A stretch of 64,000 nt of DNA from Thermotogota bacterium. GTDB lineage: Bacteria; Thermotogota; Thermotogae; MWEM01. Where the stretch lies: the NCBI GenBank assembly GCA_035447925.1, contig DAOTHY010000001.1, forward strand, positions 108,300 through 172,299, given 5' to 3'. How positions within the stretch are numbered: position 1 is the first letter of the stretch; each line of letters opens with the position of its first letter. The translations under genes were made by a program, and so were the position numbers. The notes below the pieces were generated by a model, which was not told the origin of the DNA, ran no database searches, and saw nothing but the letters and a program-made list of their open reading frames with translations. Positions 47,988-57,447 of this stretch are shown here, one piece after another.

Positions 47988-50900
47988 TAGTTTTCTCCTT
48001 GGACGTTCTCAGAAAAAGCCTCAGAAAAATCCGTTGAATGCAAGTTGGTATTTGATGTAATCAATCGAACAGGGGAATCGTCCCCATAAATAATGAAGCC
48101 ACCCCATATCCATGAAGGGGCTTCTCCCCACTGGCTTCTCAACTGATGAATCAATTTCTGTTTTGAGGCCTTTAAAGCTTCGGATTTTTTCATCCCGGTC
48201 AGTAGGAAATTGTAAAAAAAAGACATTAGTTTTACCGTAAAAACATCCGGTACATTCCATAGGCTGACCATAACTGATGAAACACCTGAAGAAATCAAAG
48301 CTGAACAAAGCCCCATGATACCCTCTCCTGGATTTATTTGACCAAGACCGGTTTTACAAGCAGAAAGTACAACAATTTCTGTATTGAGTAAATTTACTGA
48401 TAAAATATCCGATGCCGTTAATAAGCCATCTTCATAAATTTCCGGTATAGTCTCACCTCTAAGAATATTGTTAATGCCACTTAAAGCTATACCGCAACGC
48501 GCATAGGGATGTACATCTACCCGATTTTCGAGATAAAAACCATGGGTGGCCAAATGGAGAATAGACGGGGACGTTATTTTTTTCATTTCACCATCATTTA
48601 CAGAATCTTTGCTGAATACGAACACATCATCCTTTTTTAAGCCTTGTCCAAAGAGAAGGTTTGATATTTCCTGCGCTTCAGAAGCGGTTCCAGGTAATTC
48701 TTCAAATTCTTCCAATTCTTTTATCAACAGCTGGTTCTGGTAAGAGATTTCTTTTTTAAGGTTTGGATCATTATTGATTTCAAATGAGGGGTTGGCAAAA
48801 ATATATACTTTGTTATTAAATTCTTTGACATTTTCTTTTTGATTAATCAAATCCCTTCCTGAACAAAGGTATTGAACAGCGTAGTTTTCTATGAGATAAT
48901 GACCGTTTTCGCAAATAAGTGTTTCAAAAGGAAGGTTGTTAAACTCACCATCAGGTGAAACAAATAGTTTGTTAATTCGGGAAAGATTAAGTTGCGTTTG
49001 ATTTTGAAAAAGAATCTGCCATATTTTTTGATGGAATAACTCAGGTGCTGAGCTGTTTTGAAGCACAGCCGAAGGGGATTTCTCCCCACGCATATGGCCG
49101 GTTTCACGAAATTGGCCCTTCTTGATGATCTGTTCAATTTCGCTGGCATTGTCAATAAAATAATAATGTGTTTTGTCATGATGGATATAGAACAGGATAT
49201 AGCCAGTCGTTTGATTTTGTCTCGTGGATCTTTTTTTGTCTTGACTGTAGACAACCGATTCATAAAAATCAAAAAAGTTAAATTTAAAAATATCCACAAA
49301 CAAAGCGTCTTGAGGAATCTTGCTTTGTAGCAGTTTGAGCGTTGCTCTTTTTGTTTTTGAATGTAATAGAAACGTTGATTCAGGTGACATGCGGAAAGCA
49401 CTGGCTATTCTGCTTTCAATTGTATCAGCCTTTGAGTTGAGTTCTTTTATCTTTTTTCTGTTTTCCTCAGCAGTTTCACTAAAATAACCTTTGGTTGTCC
49501 GCAGTACAATTTCTTCTTTTATCCTGATCAACGACTCAAAGAGGTCTTTTAAAAATGGGTTTGTGCCTTTTAAAATGGAGTGATAACGTTCGACTCCTGT
49601 TTCAAAAACGACCGCTTTTCTTCTTAAAATAATGCCAAAGATCTCTTGCATCATGTCGTTTATTTGAGAGTCATTCACTTTTTGTTCTTTTTGGAGTAGA
49701 TAAAAAAGACTAAGAAGTTTGTTCAATTCACCATCTATTCGTTGTAAAAAATTCCATGCATAGTCTCTGGAAAAGGATGTTGATACTTCAAGCAGTATAT
49801 CATTTTGGATATCAGTCGCTTCCTTGAGGATGTTATAAGCTGCTTCTGGTTGAGAGAAGACAATGAAACTGTGTGCGAGCATACCTAAGATCTTGGTATA
49901 CTGAATATGTCTTTTTCCGGTTAATTGTTCTTGTATTTTCAACGCCATTTCCAAGTTGTCAAAAGTGGATAAGTCATCTTGGTTGATGAGATAGATTTTT
50001 GAAAGATTGGAAAGAATTTTAATTTTAATATCAGGAATCATTTCACAGGACTGCAACGGTTTTAATATTTTCATGGCTTTAGCTGTATTCCCCAAGTTGA
50101 TTAGCAAAACAGCATAATTAATTTTGATTTTCAACAACGTAATCGGCATGTTTTTTGTATTACAGTTCAGCAATTCTTCAAAGCCTTGTTGAGCAACTTC
50201 CAATTTACCCAGATGAAGCTGTGCTGAGAGAAGGTTGTTGCAGGTGGTGATGGTTTTTGGATGATCCTTTCCGAAAATTTTTTGTGAATAATCAAATGAT
50301 TTTTGTAAATGATTTTCCGCTGCTTCGTAATTCCCGGTTTCCAAATACAACACACCCATATTATTTTCTATGGTGTCTGTTAATTCATCTGTTCCGTTTA
50401 ATTGTGAGATTTCTAGTGCCATCAGATATTTTTCGATAGATTTAGCGTATTTTCCCCAATACTGATACAAAAGTCCCGTATTCCAAAGGGTTTTGATATA
50501 GTCTTCAATGTGTCCGATAATTTCGCTTTCGAAAATCTTTAAGACTTCAGTAAAAATTTTTTCAGCTTCCGTAAATCTACCTAATTCAGTATATAAAAGC
50601 GCTAAATTGGAAGACGTTTCAATTGTATCAGGATGAGAACCGCCAAAAAGAGCTCTTCGACTATCATAAGCTTGTTTATAATAATCCATTGCAAAATCAT
50701 AATTTCCTTTATAATAATGCAATTCTCCAAGGAGGTTTTTGATAAAGGCGATAAAGTCATTATTTGGTTGAGTTCTCTCCATTTCCTGCTTTAAAATTTT
50801 TAGTACTAATGCTTCAATATGATCGAAAAATCCAAAAAGCAAGCAAGTTTGATTAATCATCAGGGTTAATTCTTTTTTTGACGAATAATTATATTGATTG

Positions 50901-51016
50901 TCTACAAGCATTTGTTCAACGATTTGTTCTGAATACTCAAGAAATTGATCAGTTTGCTGCAGTTTTGCGAAGCCTTTTATTTTTTTTTTAATGTTTTTGA
51001 GAGATGAATTTTCCAT
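47981..51016 (-). CDS. TPR-repeat CHAT-domain protein (caspase-like cysteine protease, clan CD fold)
   Basis: 1011 aa. The N-terminal two-thirds contain many TPR-like repeats (e.g. AMDYYKQAYDSR..., YEAAENHLQKSFDYSQK...). The C-terminal CHAT domain has the catalytic His (ILHLATHGFY) and Cys (VLSACKTG) at the expected spacing. Confidence 0.75.
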   Translation of the reverse strand: MENSSLKNIKKKIKGFAKLQQTDQFLEYSEQIVEQMLVDNQYNYSSKKELTLMINQTCLLFGFFDHIEALVLKILKQEMERTQPNNDFIAFIKNLLGELHYYKGNYDFAMDYYKQAYDSRRALFGGSHPDTIETSSNLALLYTELGRFTEAEKIFTEVLKIFESEIIGHIEDYIKTLWNTGLLYQYWGKYAKSIEKYLMALEISQLNGTDELTDTIENNMGVLYLETGNYEAAENHLQKSFDYSQKIFGKDHPKTITTCNNLLSAQLHLGKLEVAQQGFEELLNCNTKNMPITLLKIKINYAVLLINLGNTAKAMKILKPLQSCEMIPDIKIKILSNLSKIYLINQDDLSTFDNLEMALKIQEQLTGKRHIQYTKILGMLAHSFIVFSQPEAAYNILKEATDIQNDILLEVSTSFSRDYAWNFLQRIDGELNKLLSLFYLLQKEQKVNDSQINDMMQEIFGIILRRKAVVFETGVERYHSILKGTNPFLKDLFESLIRIKEEIVLRTTKGYFSETAEENRKKIKELNSKADTIESRIASAFRMSPESTFLLHSKTKRATLKLLQSKIPQDALFVDIFKFNFFDFYESVVYSQDKKRSTRQNQTTGYILFYIHHDKTHYYFIDNASEIEQIIKKGQFRETGHMRGEKSPSAVLQNSSAPELFHQKIWQILFQNQTQLNLSRINKLFVSPDGEFNNLPFETLICENGHYLIENYAVQYLCSGRDLINQKENVKEFNNKVYIFANPSFEINNDPNLKKEISYQNQLLIKELEEFEELPGTASEAQEISNLLFGQGLKKDDVFVFSKDSVNDGEMKKITSPSILHLATHGFYLENRVDVHPYARCGIALSGINNILRGETIPEIYEDGLLTASDILSVNLLNTEIVVLSACKTGLGQINPGEGIMGLCSALISSGVSSVMVSLWNVPDVFTVKLMSFFYNFLLTGMKKSEALKASKQKLIHQLRSQWGEAPSWIWGGFIIYGDDSPVRLITSNTNLHSTDFSEAFSENVQGENYC

Positions 51017-51036
51017 TTTTACCCCTCTCTTTCTTT

Positions 51037-51828
51037 TTAGGAGAGTTTGCTCTGCTTTTGTATAGAAAAGGGTTCAAAAGCTAGTAGGTATTTTCCTGGG
51101 TTTAACCCTTCAATTGAAACCTCAAACTGATCTTTGTTTTTTGATTCGTAAGCCGTTCGAATGATGGGTTTTCCGCTTTGAGTGGGGATTAATATGATCA
51201 CGGGTGAAGATTGCCAACCTGGTGCTTTATTGCAAATAATGTGTATGGCCTTTGTTTGAGAATGAGCCTGTATTTCTAATATCATCTTTTCTTGTAAATA
51301 GCCATTAAGTATATTTTCGCGTTTTTTCTCGAATGGTGTGTTTGTGTTTCCCCTCATAGCGAATGATTCCACTGGGTACTTGAATACAAGAGGGTTTTCC
51401 GGATTCATGGTGCTTTTTTTAAAGATTTTTGTAATATTTGATATGCCGTTATATGAAGTATCCATGACTACATCCACAGTATTGCTTATGAAAACACCCC
51501 ATTCTTTTAGCCAGTTTAAAATTCTGATTCTGATAGATTGATCTTGATATGGAAGTTCTTTCAGAATATTGATCATCATTTTTTGGCTCCGGGTAGGTTT
51601 TTCTTCTGTCCATTCCTGAAAAGAAATTGAGAAATCCAAGGCCTTTGTGAGCCTTGACAAACACAGGTCACATTCATTTAAATGCTCTTCCATTCGGATG
51701 ATTTCTTCCATCGGTAAAACTGGAATTTCCTTGCTATGATGAATAGGAGGGTAAAAAACAGACCTTTTTTGGATATATTCAGAATCAATGTATTTTTCGA
51801 TTTGTTCAATCGTCAAATGCTCTTTCAT
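51037..51828 (-). CDS. Putative anti-sigma factor, zf-HC2 type, soluble
   Basis: It carries the HLNECDLCLSRL (H-x3-C-x2-C) motif typical of zf-HC2 anti-sigma N-domains. It lies immediately downstream of the sigma factor gene and has no clear TM helix. Confidence 0.5.
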   Translation of the reverse strand: MKEHLTIEQIEKYIDSEYIQKRSVFYPPIHHSKEIPVLPMEEIIRMEEHLNECDLCLSRLTKALDFSISFQEWTEEKPTRSQKMMINILKELPYQDQSIRIRILNWLKEWGVFISNTVDVVMDTSYNGISNITKIFKKSTMNPENPLVFKYPVESFAMRGNTNTPFEKKRENILNGYLQEKMILEIQAHSQTKAIHIICNKAPGWQSSPVIILIPTQSGKPIIRTAYESKNKDQFEVSIEGLNPGKYLLAFEPFSIQKQSKLS

Positions 51829-51895
51829 AATAACACCTCACTATTCTTGTCGATCACATGATTATACTTTGCTTCTTATGATCATGTCGCATGAC

Positions 51896-53002
51896 TTAAC
51901 TTTCCAGTACTTTTTTTCTCAGCCTTTTAAGAACTCGATGATTCCAGTCTCTTATATTTTTTAAAGGATCCTTTCCAAAAAAAACGGATAATGACAAGTC
52001 CGCTAATGGATCATCAAGATAATCTTGTAGATAGCTTCTTGATTGATGATCTTTGGTTGGGATTACATCCTTAAGGATTAACATCAACTGATTTTCAAGG
52101 GGTTTGAAGATCTCCTCTAACTCTTCAATATCATGAAAAGAACTCTTTGAAAAAGATGTTTTCATCTCTTGAAAGAGCCTTGATAAAGGCAAATCGGATA
52201 ATGCTGTGATGTCGGTTCTCTCATCCGTTATCTTTGTTAATAAGACGACCAACACTTGCCAAGGATAACCTCCTACCGCAACCATTTGTTCCAGGAAATG
52301 TCTTTCTTGGGTTGTTTTTTCTTGTATTTGATCTGGTGAAGGGTCTTTTGAGATCGCCCAAAAAATTGGAGTAGTATCCTGCTCGTTTTGTTCGTTAAAA
52401 TCTGAAACAAGTGTTTCAGGAATTGTGGTTTCATCTTTAACCAAATGATCTGCGATGGAAATCAGATAACTAAATAGTGTGCCTTTGTATGGATTAAAAT
52501 TCGTAGCGTATCGTTCAAAGCGTTGAAAAGTTTCCAACATCAGATCAGTACATCTATTATTGAAATACTCGGTTCCCTTTATCCCTAAAAGATTTTTACT
52601 AATGTATGATTTGATTGGTAAGCTGTATTCTCGATACAATTCATTCATTCCAGATGCTTTTCGTTTTGTTATCAGTTTTAAAAGTAATAAATCTTGGCAG
52701 ATTCTGAACATCCACATCCGATAGAGTTCCATCTGATTATCAATATGTTCTTCATACACAAAGCTATTAATTCTGGTCCATGATATTTCTCGTGTTTGTT
52801 TGATGAATTGTTCTATCGTTTTTTCCATTTTCTTTTTATCGGATGATTGACCTTCAAACTCTTTTCGAAAACGAAGTTTTATTTTTGATTTAAGCCTTGT
52901 TATCAAAAAAGGTGACTGGTCAGTGCTAAATGCTATATACTCATGATAAAGTTGTTTAGTCTCATTGATCAGTTGTTTGTTTACCATGTTGTCCTCCGTC
53001 AA
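51896..53002 (-). CDS. Sigma-70 family RNA polymerase sigma factor (ECF-like, extended)
   Basis: Region 2 matches DLMLETFQRFERYATNFNPYKGTLFSYLISIADHLVKD (D-L-x-Q-E-x-F ... F-x-x-W/Y-L-x-x-I-A-x-N). The region 4.2-like C-terminus is NIRDWNHRVLKRLRKKV. A ~140-aa N-terminal extension and a long 2-4 linker are atypical. Confidence 0.55.
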   Translation of the reverse strand: MTEDNMVNKQLINETKQLYHEYIAFSTDQSPFLITRLKSKIKLRFRKEFEGQSSDKKKMEKTIEQFIKQTREISWTRINSFVYEEHIDNQMELYRMWMFRICQDLLLLKLITKRKASGMNELYREYSLPIKSYISKNLLGIKGTEYFNNRCTDLMLETFQRFERYATNFNPYKGTLFSYLISIADHLVKDETTIPETLVSDFNEQNEQDTTPIFWAISKDPSPDQIQEKTTQERHFLEQMVAVGGYPWQVLVVLLTKITDERTDITALSDLPLSRLFQEMKTSFSKSSFHDIEELEEIFKPLENQLMLILKDVIPTKDHQSRSYLQDYLDDPLADLSLSVFFGKDPLKNIRDWNHRVLKRLRKKVLES

Positions 53003-53025
53003 TTCTCTTTGTGATCACGGCCTTA

Positions 53026-53772
53026 CTATTTTAGCATATCATCTGATTCATTGATTTCTGGTTGAGAAAACAGATTGTAAATATCGTTTTCATTTAATTC
53101 TTTATATTCTCCTGGTTTCAAAGATGGATCTAATCGAAGAGATCCAATGGCTATTCGATCTAATTCAATGACTTCAGAATGGACCGTTTCAAACATCTTT
53201 TTAACTTGATGGAATCTTCCCTCCGTAATTCCAAGACAAATGGTAAATTGATCTGAGTTTACATCACAAATCTTAAAATAAGTGACAGGTTTAGTCTGAA
53301 AGTCTTTAGTGATTTGAATGCCTTCGAAAAAGAAGTGTGTATCCTCGGGATTAAAATGTATGACAACGGCTTTGTATAATTTTTGGACTTTTTTTGAAGG
53401 CGAAATAATTGAATGTACCAAATCTCCCTGAGTGCTTAATATAAGTAACCCCGTTGTATCAACATCTAATCTTCCTGCAATGGCATAAGTCGGGTGAGGT
53501 TTTTTAATCAGTTCAATAACCGATGGATAACCTGACTCACTTTCGTTAGATGAAACAAATCCCTTTGGCTTATTCATCATAATCGTACTGATTGGTTTTA
53601 TCGTAATAGGTTGACCTTTAAGAGATATGTTTGTTTCAAAATCAACTATTGTGGAAGGTTCTAAACAGATTCTACCGTTCAAGGAAATCAATCCGCTTTT
53701 AATCCATTTTTTCACTTCACTTCTTGACCCATAGCCTGTATTTGAAAGATAACGATCAAGTCTCATTGCCAA
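53026..53772 (-). CDS. rsuA: 16S rRNA pseudouridine synthase (RsuA family)
   Basis: S4 domain (MRLDRYLSNTGYGSRSEVKKWI) and catalytic Asp motif (GRLDVDTTGLLIL). Confidence 0.8.
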   Translation of the reverse strand: MAMRLDRYLSNTGYGSRSEVKKWIKSGLISLNGRICLEPSTIVDFETNISLKGQPITIKPISTIMMNKPKGFVSSNESESGYPSVIELIKKPHPTYAIAGRLDVDTTGLLILSTQGDLVHSIISPSKKVQKLYKAVVIHFNPEDTHFFFEGIQITKDFQTKPVTYFKICDVNSDQFTICLGITEGRFHQVKKMFETVHSEVIELDRIAIGSLRLDPSLKPGEYKELNENDIYNLFSQPEINESDDMLK

Positions 53773-54662
53773 TTTTTACTGCCTCTTGCAAAATAGATTT
53801 CAGAACAAATTAATCTCAATCTTTCCAACACAAAAGCTTCATCGGAATGAATCAGATAACCTGTGTTGAAATGAGTCAAATTGATCAATCTCGGATCTTT
53901 GAAGAATACAACTGCCTGATCCAGTATGGGAGCTGCTAACGGCCTGTAAAAAACTTGAAAAGACTCCATCGAAAATCTCTTTTTGAGTGGGGTGATTCCT
54001 GCTAAAATGATTTCCTGCCTTAGGTCTTTTTCATTAATAACCTTTTGAGACCATTGCCAATCCATGTGAGTCAGTAATGATGGATAATAAAGTACTTCTC
54101 CCGAATAATCAATCACGGCAACGGCCATATCCAGAAATCTTTGTTCCTCTGCTTGGAAATCTTCCAATAAAATTGCAGGAAAGATCTTTTTGTGTTTTAG
54201 GTTAAGAATGAGTTCGTCGTTTAAACCGTATTTAGTGCTTAACACAGGGAAAATACCCCCTGCCATCAAGCCGTTTGTAATCCATTCGATGGACTGTGAT
54301 GCTTTATATGGATCTACGGAAAAAAAAGGGGCAATCACTTCATCAAAACTCCCTTGTATGACTTGTATATTATCAGACATTACTTGACTGTAACCGATCA
54401 CACAGGCTTTGCTGTCAGAAGCTTTTGCCTTTTGAGCCATCAACAGACCAAAACTGAACAGAATATTGGGATCAGTAATGGTTCCAAGAACAAAAGGACT
54501 AATGTCGTTTAAATAATAGGGTAAAGCAGGATAATAAATACCCCAATCAGTATTTGTATGTATGATTTGCTCTTGCAGTCCCTCAACAGTGCTTTGAGCA
54601 CCAAAATTAATGGAGCAAATCAGAATAAAGATGACTGAGAATGTGATAAACCCCTTCTTCAT
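53763..54662 (-). CDS. Exported hypothetical protein
   Basis: I place the start at the internal ATG 54662 (MKKGFITFSVIFILICSINF, a signal peptide). It still overlaps the upstream Cof gene by 56 nt, so the start is uncertain. Confidence 0.4.
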   Translation of the reverse strand: MKKGFITFSVIFILICSINFGAQSTVEGLQEQIIHTNTDWGIYYPALPYYLNDISPFVLGTITDPNILFSFGLLMAQKAKASDSKACVIGYSQVMSDNIQVIQGSFDEVIAPFFSVDPYKASQSIEWITNGLMAGGIFPVLSTKYGLNDELILNLKHKKIFPAILLEDFQAEEQRFLDMAVAVIDYSGEVLYYPSLLTHMDWQWSQKVINEKDLRQEIILAGITPLKKRFSMESFQVFYRPLAAPILDQAVVFFKDPRLINLTHFNTGYLIHSDEAFVLERLRLICSEIYFARGSKNWQ

Positions 54663-55443
54663 TGTTGGTTTTATCAAGGCAAAGTGTCGCAGCCTTTTTA
54701 AGCTTTGGTGTAGCGTTGGCCATAGCAATAGAATAGCCCACCACTTCAAATGCGTATATGTCGTTGTCACCGTCTCCTATCATAATGGTTTGCTTTGGAT
54801 TCAGATTCAGGTACTGAAGTAATTCCAATGTTGCGATTCCTTTGTTTGTTGTGTTTGGGATGTAATCTAAATAAATTGAAAAAGACTTAAAAATATTTAC
54901 CTTCTTTGAGAATAAATTCAGACTATCTTTTTCTATTTCGTGTAGAAATTCAGGTTGACCAATAGCCAATATTTTGTCAACCTTTGTGCCGCTTTTTGTG
55001 CAGTTTGATCGGATCAATTCTGTGAGACTTTCTACAACAAGATAATTGATACCGGCGTGAGCGGCATAATGTTTGATTTGATCATTATCTTCTTCCACAA
55101 TCAACTGGTTATTGATATAGGCTTGTCTGTGACACCTCTTTGAACGAAGAAATTCAATGATTTTTGCTGCTGTTTCGTTGTCTATGAAATGGTGGAAAAT
55201 TGGTTTTAGTTCTCCGGGTATTGTGATTAAACTTCCATTGTAACTTATGATTGGGAATTGATCTGTACCGAAATATTTATTGATGATATGATGGGCAGAA
55301 TCCAGCATTCTACCTGTGCAGAAGATGATGGATATCCCTTTTCGATGAATGGTTTTTAATAAATCAATTGTTTTGATAGATATTTTTAATTCATCATCTA
55401 AGATTGTTCCGTCTATGTCTAAAACAACCGTTTTGTAATTCAA
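54607..55443 (-). CDS. Cof-type HAD-IIB phosphatase
   Basis: N-terminal VLDIDGTIL and C-terminal GDGDNDI motifs. Confidence 0.75.
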   Translation of the reverse strand: MNYKTVVLDIDGTILDDELKISIKTIDLLKTIHRKGISIIFCTGRMLDSAHHIINKYFGTDQFPIISYNGSLITIPGELKPIFHHFIDNETAAKIIEFLRSKRCHRQAYINNQLIVEEDNDQIKHYAAHAGINYLVVESLTELIRSNCTKSGTKVDKILAIGQPEFLHEIEKDSLNLFSKKVNIFKSFSIYLDYIPNTTNKGIATLELLQYLNLNPKQTIMIGDGDNDIYAFEVVGYSIAMANATPKLKKAATLCLDKTNNEEGVYHILSHLYSDLLH

Positions 55444-55479
55444 TTTTTACTCCTTTCGTTTATATAGGGTTCAATCAAA

Positions 55480-57447
55480 TTATGAAGTCATGGTATGTTG
55501 GTGGATAATTTCACCAATTTCAGCTTCAAGTGTATTGTAGATTGACTGAGTGCTTAATCCGGTTTCATGTAGTAATTCGTCTCGATTTCCTTGAGTGATA
55601 AACTGATCAATACCCAAACAAATTGTCTTAAAAATCTGATTTTGATATTTTTCCTTGAGAAATCCGATCAGATGTTCTCCGAATCCCCCAGTACGCATCC
55701 CCTCTTCAATTGATATAACTATTTTTTGTTGATTTGTGATGTTGTTCTCTGGATTGAACAGTTGTTGAATGAGTGAAGTGTCTATCGGTTTAACCGAAGT
55801 TACCTTTACCAGGCGAATCGGGAAATTAACCTTGTTGATCATTTGCTTGCATTGATTGAACATAGTCCCCAAAGCAAAAATGATAAGTTCTATTTTGGGA
55901 TTGTATTGATGATTTTGGATGATTTCCCACTGTTCAGGATCTTTTTTTTCATCGTTGAAAATGATTTTATCAATTTCTTCATAAGATATGTCTTCCAGAA
56001 CACGAGGATACCGGATAAAAATGGGATTGGCGACATTCCATTTTTTCCCCATCAGAAAATTCATGATTCTTACCATATTGCTTACGGAGTCAGGGGCATA
56101 TACTTTGATATTCGGAATGGGGTTTAGCATGTTTATGTCAAATGTTCCGTGATGAGTTGGTCCGTCATTACCAACCAAACCAGCACGGTCTACAGCTACT
56201 ACCAGCGGTATTTTTTGTAAAGCTATGTCGTGAATAATCTGGTCGTAGGCTCGTTGTAGAAAGGTGGAATAGACCGCATAAAGAGGATGAAATCCCTTTA
56301 GTGCCATTGCACCGGCAAAGACCAGTGAGCTTTGTTCCGTGATACCCAAATCGAAAAAACGTTCTTCGCACGACGCCTTGAAATGGTGAAGGCCGGTACC
56401 GATATCCATCGCTGAAGTTATGGCTATCAAACGGTCATCGTAATCAGCAAATTTGGCAAGTGTATAACCCATTGCATCACTAAAGGATAACTGATCAGAT
56501 TTCTTTTGATCGGGAGATGTATTCTTTTCAAGGGGACTGACACCATGAAAGATATTTGGTTTTGCCTCTGCATAGTCGATGCCACATCCTTTTTTAGTGT
56601 GAATGTGCAGTACGACGGGTTTTTTATATCCGTCTTTGATATTTGCCAAAACCCTGATGAGTGTCTCTAAATCATGACCATCAACAGGCCCAAGGTATTT
56701 AAAACCCATTGATTCGAATATCGAATCGGGGAGAAGATTGTGTTTCATGTTGTCACGGATCCATTCAAGAATTGTTTCTAATCCGGTTAAGTGTGTTTCA
56801 CGTAAGAAGGATTTCAATTGTTTTTTAAAGGTATTATAACCTTTTCCTGTGCGTATCAGCGAGAAATTATTTGCGAAAGAGCCAACGTTGTCCGATATGG
56901 ACATACCGTTATCGTTTACAATGATTTTTAAATTACTTTTTTGACCTACCACTTGATTCAGTGATTCCAATGCATTACCTGAAGTAAGAGCACCGTCTCC
57001 TATGACAGCAATAACTTCGCCCGGTTCTCCAGAAAGTTTTTTTGCCTTTTCAAAACCCAAAGCAGCTGCAATGGAAGTTCCAACATGTCCGGCTCCAAAT
57101 GAGTCATATTTGCTTTCGAAGATATTGGTGAAGCCGCTTATTCCTCCCATTTTTCTTAATGTTTTAAAGGATTGCATTCTTTCGGTAAGGATTTTGTGTG
57201 TATAGGTCTGATGTCCTGTATCCCAAACAAGCATATCCTTTTCTGGAAAATCAAAGACTCGATACAAAGCCAAAGTCAATTCCACTGTTCCTAAATTAGA
57301 AGATAAATGTCCTCCGTTTTGTTGAACGGTTTCTACAATAAAATCTCTGATTTCATGGGCTATGCTTTGAAGTTCTCCAATATCAGAATTTTTAATCACG
57401 TTGATGAGATTTTTAGATTCAAAAAGGACTTCTTTAAAATCACTCAT
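55480..57447 (-). CDS. dxs: 1-deoxy-D-xylulose-5-phosphate synthase
   Basis: 655 aa, transketolase-like, with the TPP motif GDGALTSGNALE and the Dxs N-terminal GHLSSNLG. Confidence 0.9.
   Translation of the reverse strand: MSDFKEVLFESKNLINVIKNSDIGELQSIAHEIRDFIVETVQQNGGHLSSNLGTVELTLALYRVFDFPEKDMLVWDTGHQTYTHKILTERMQSFKTLRKMGGISGFTNIFESKYDSFGAGHVGTSIAAALGFEKAKKLSGEPGEVIAVIGDGALTSGNALESLNQVVGQKSNLKIIVNDNGMSISDNVGSFANNFSLIRTGKGYNTFKKQLKSFLRETHLTGLETILEWIRDNMKHNLLPDSIFESMGFKYLGPVDGHDLETLIRVLANIKDGYKKPVVLHIHTKKGCGIDYAEAKPNIFHGVSPLEKNTSPDQKKSDQLSFSDAMGYTLAKFADYDDRLIAITSAMDIGTGLHHFKASCEERFFDLGITEQSSLVFAGAMALKGFHPLYAVYSTFLQRAYDQIIHDIALQKIPLVVAVDRAGLVGNDGPTHHGTFDINMLNPIPNIKVYAPDSVSNMVRIMNFLMGKKWNVANPIFIRYPRVLEDISYEEIDKIIFNDEKKDPEQWEIIQNHQYNPKIELIIFALGTMFNQCKQMINKVNFPIRLVKVTSVKPIDTSLIQQLFNPENNITNQQKIVISIEEGMRTGGFGEHLIGFLKEKYQNQIFKTICLGIDQFITQGNRDELLHETGLSTQSIYNTLEAEIGEIIHQHTMTS

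Noticed and set aside
51829-51895. Imperfect inverted repeat (GATCACATGAT ... ATCATGTCGCATGA) between anti-sigma and sigma genes
   Set aside because: There are mismatches in the core and I could not establish significance. It could be a weak attenuator or an operator, but the evidence is insufficient.
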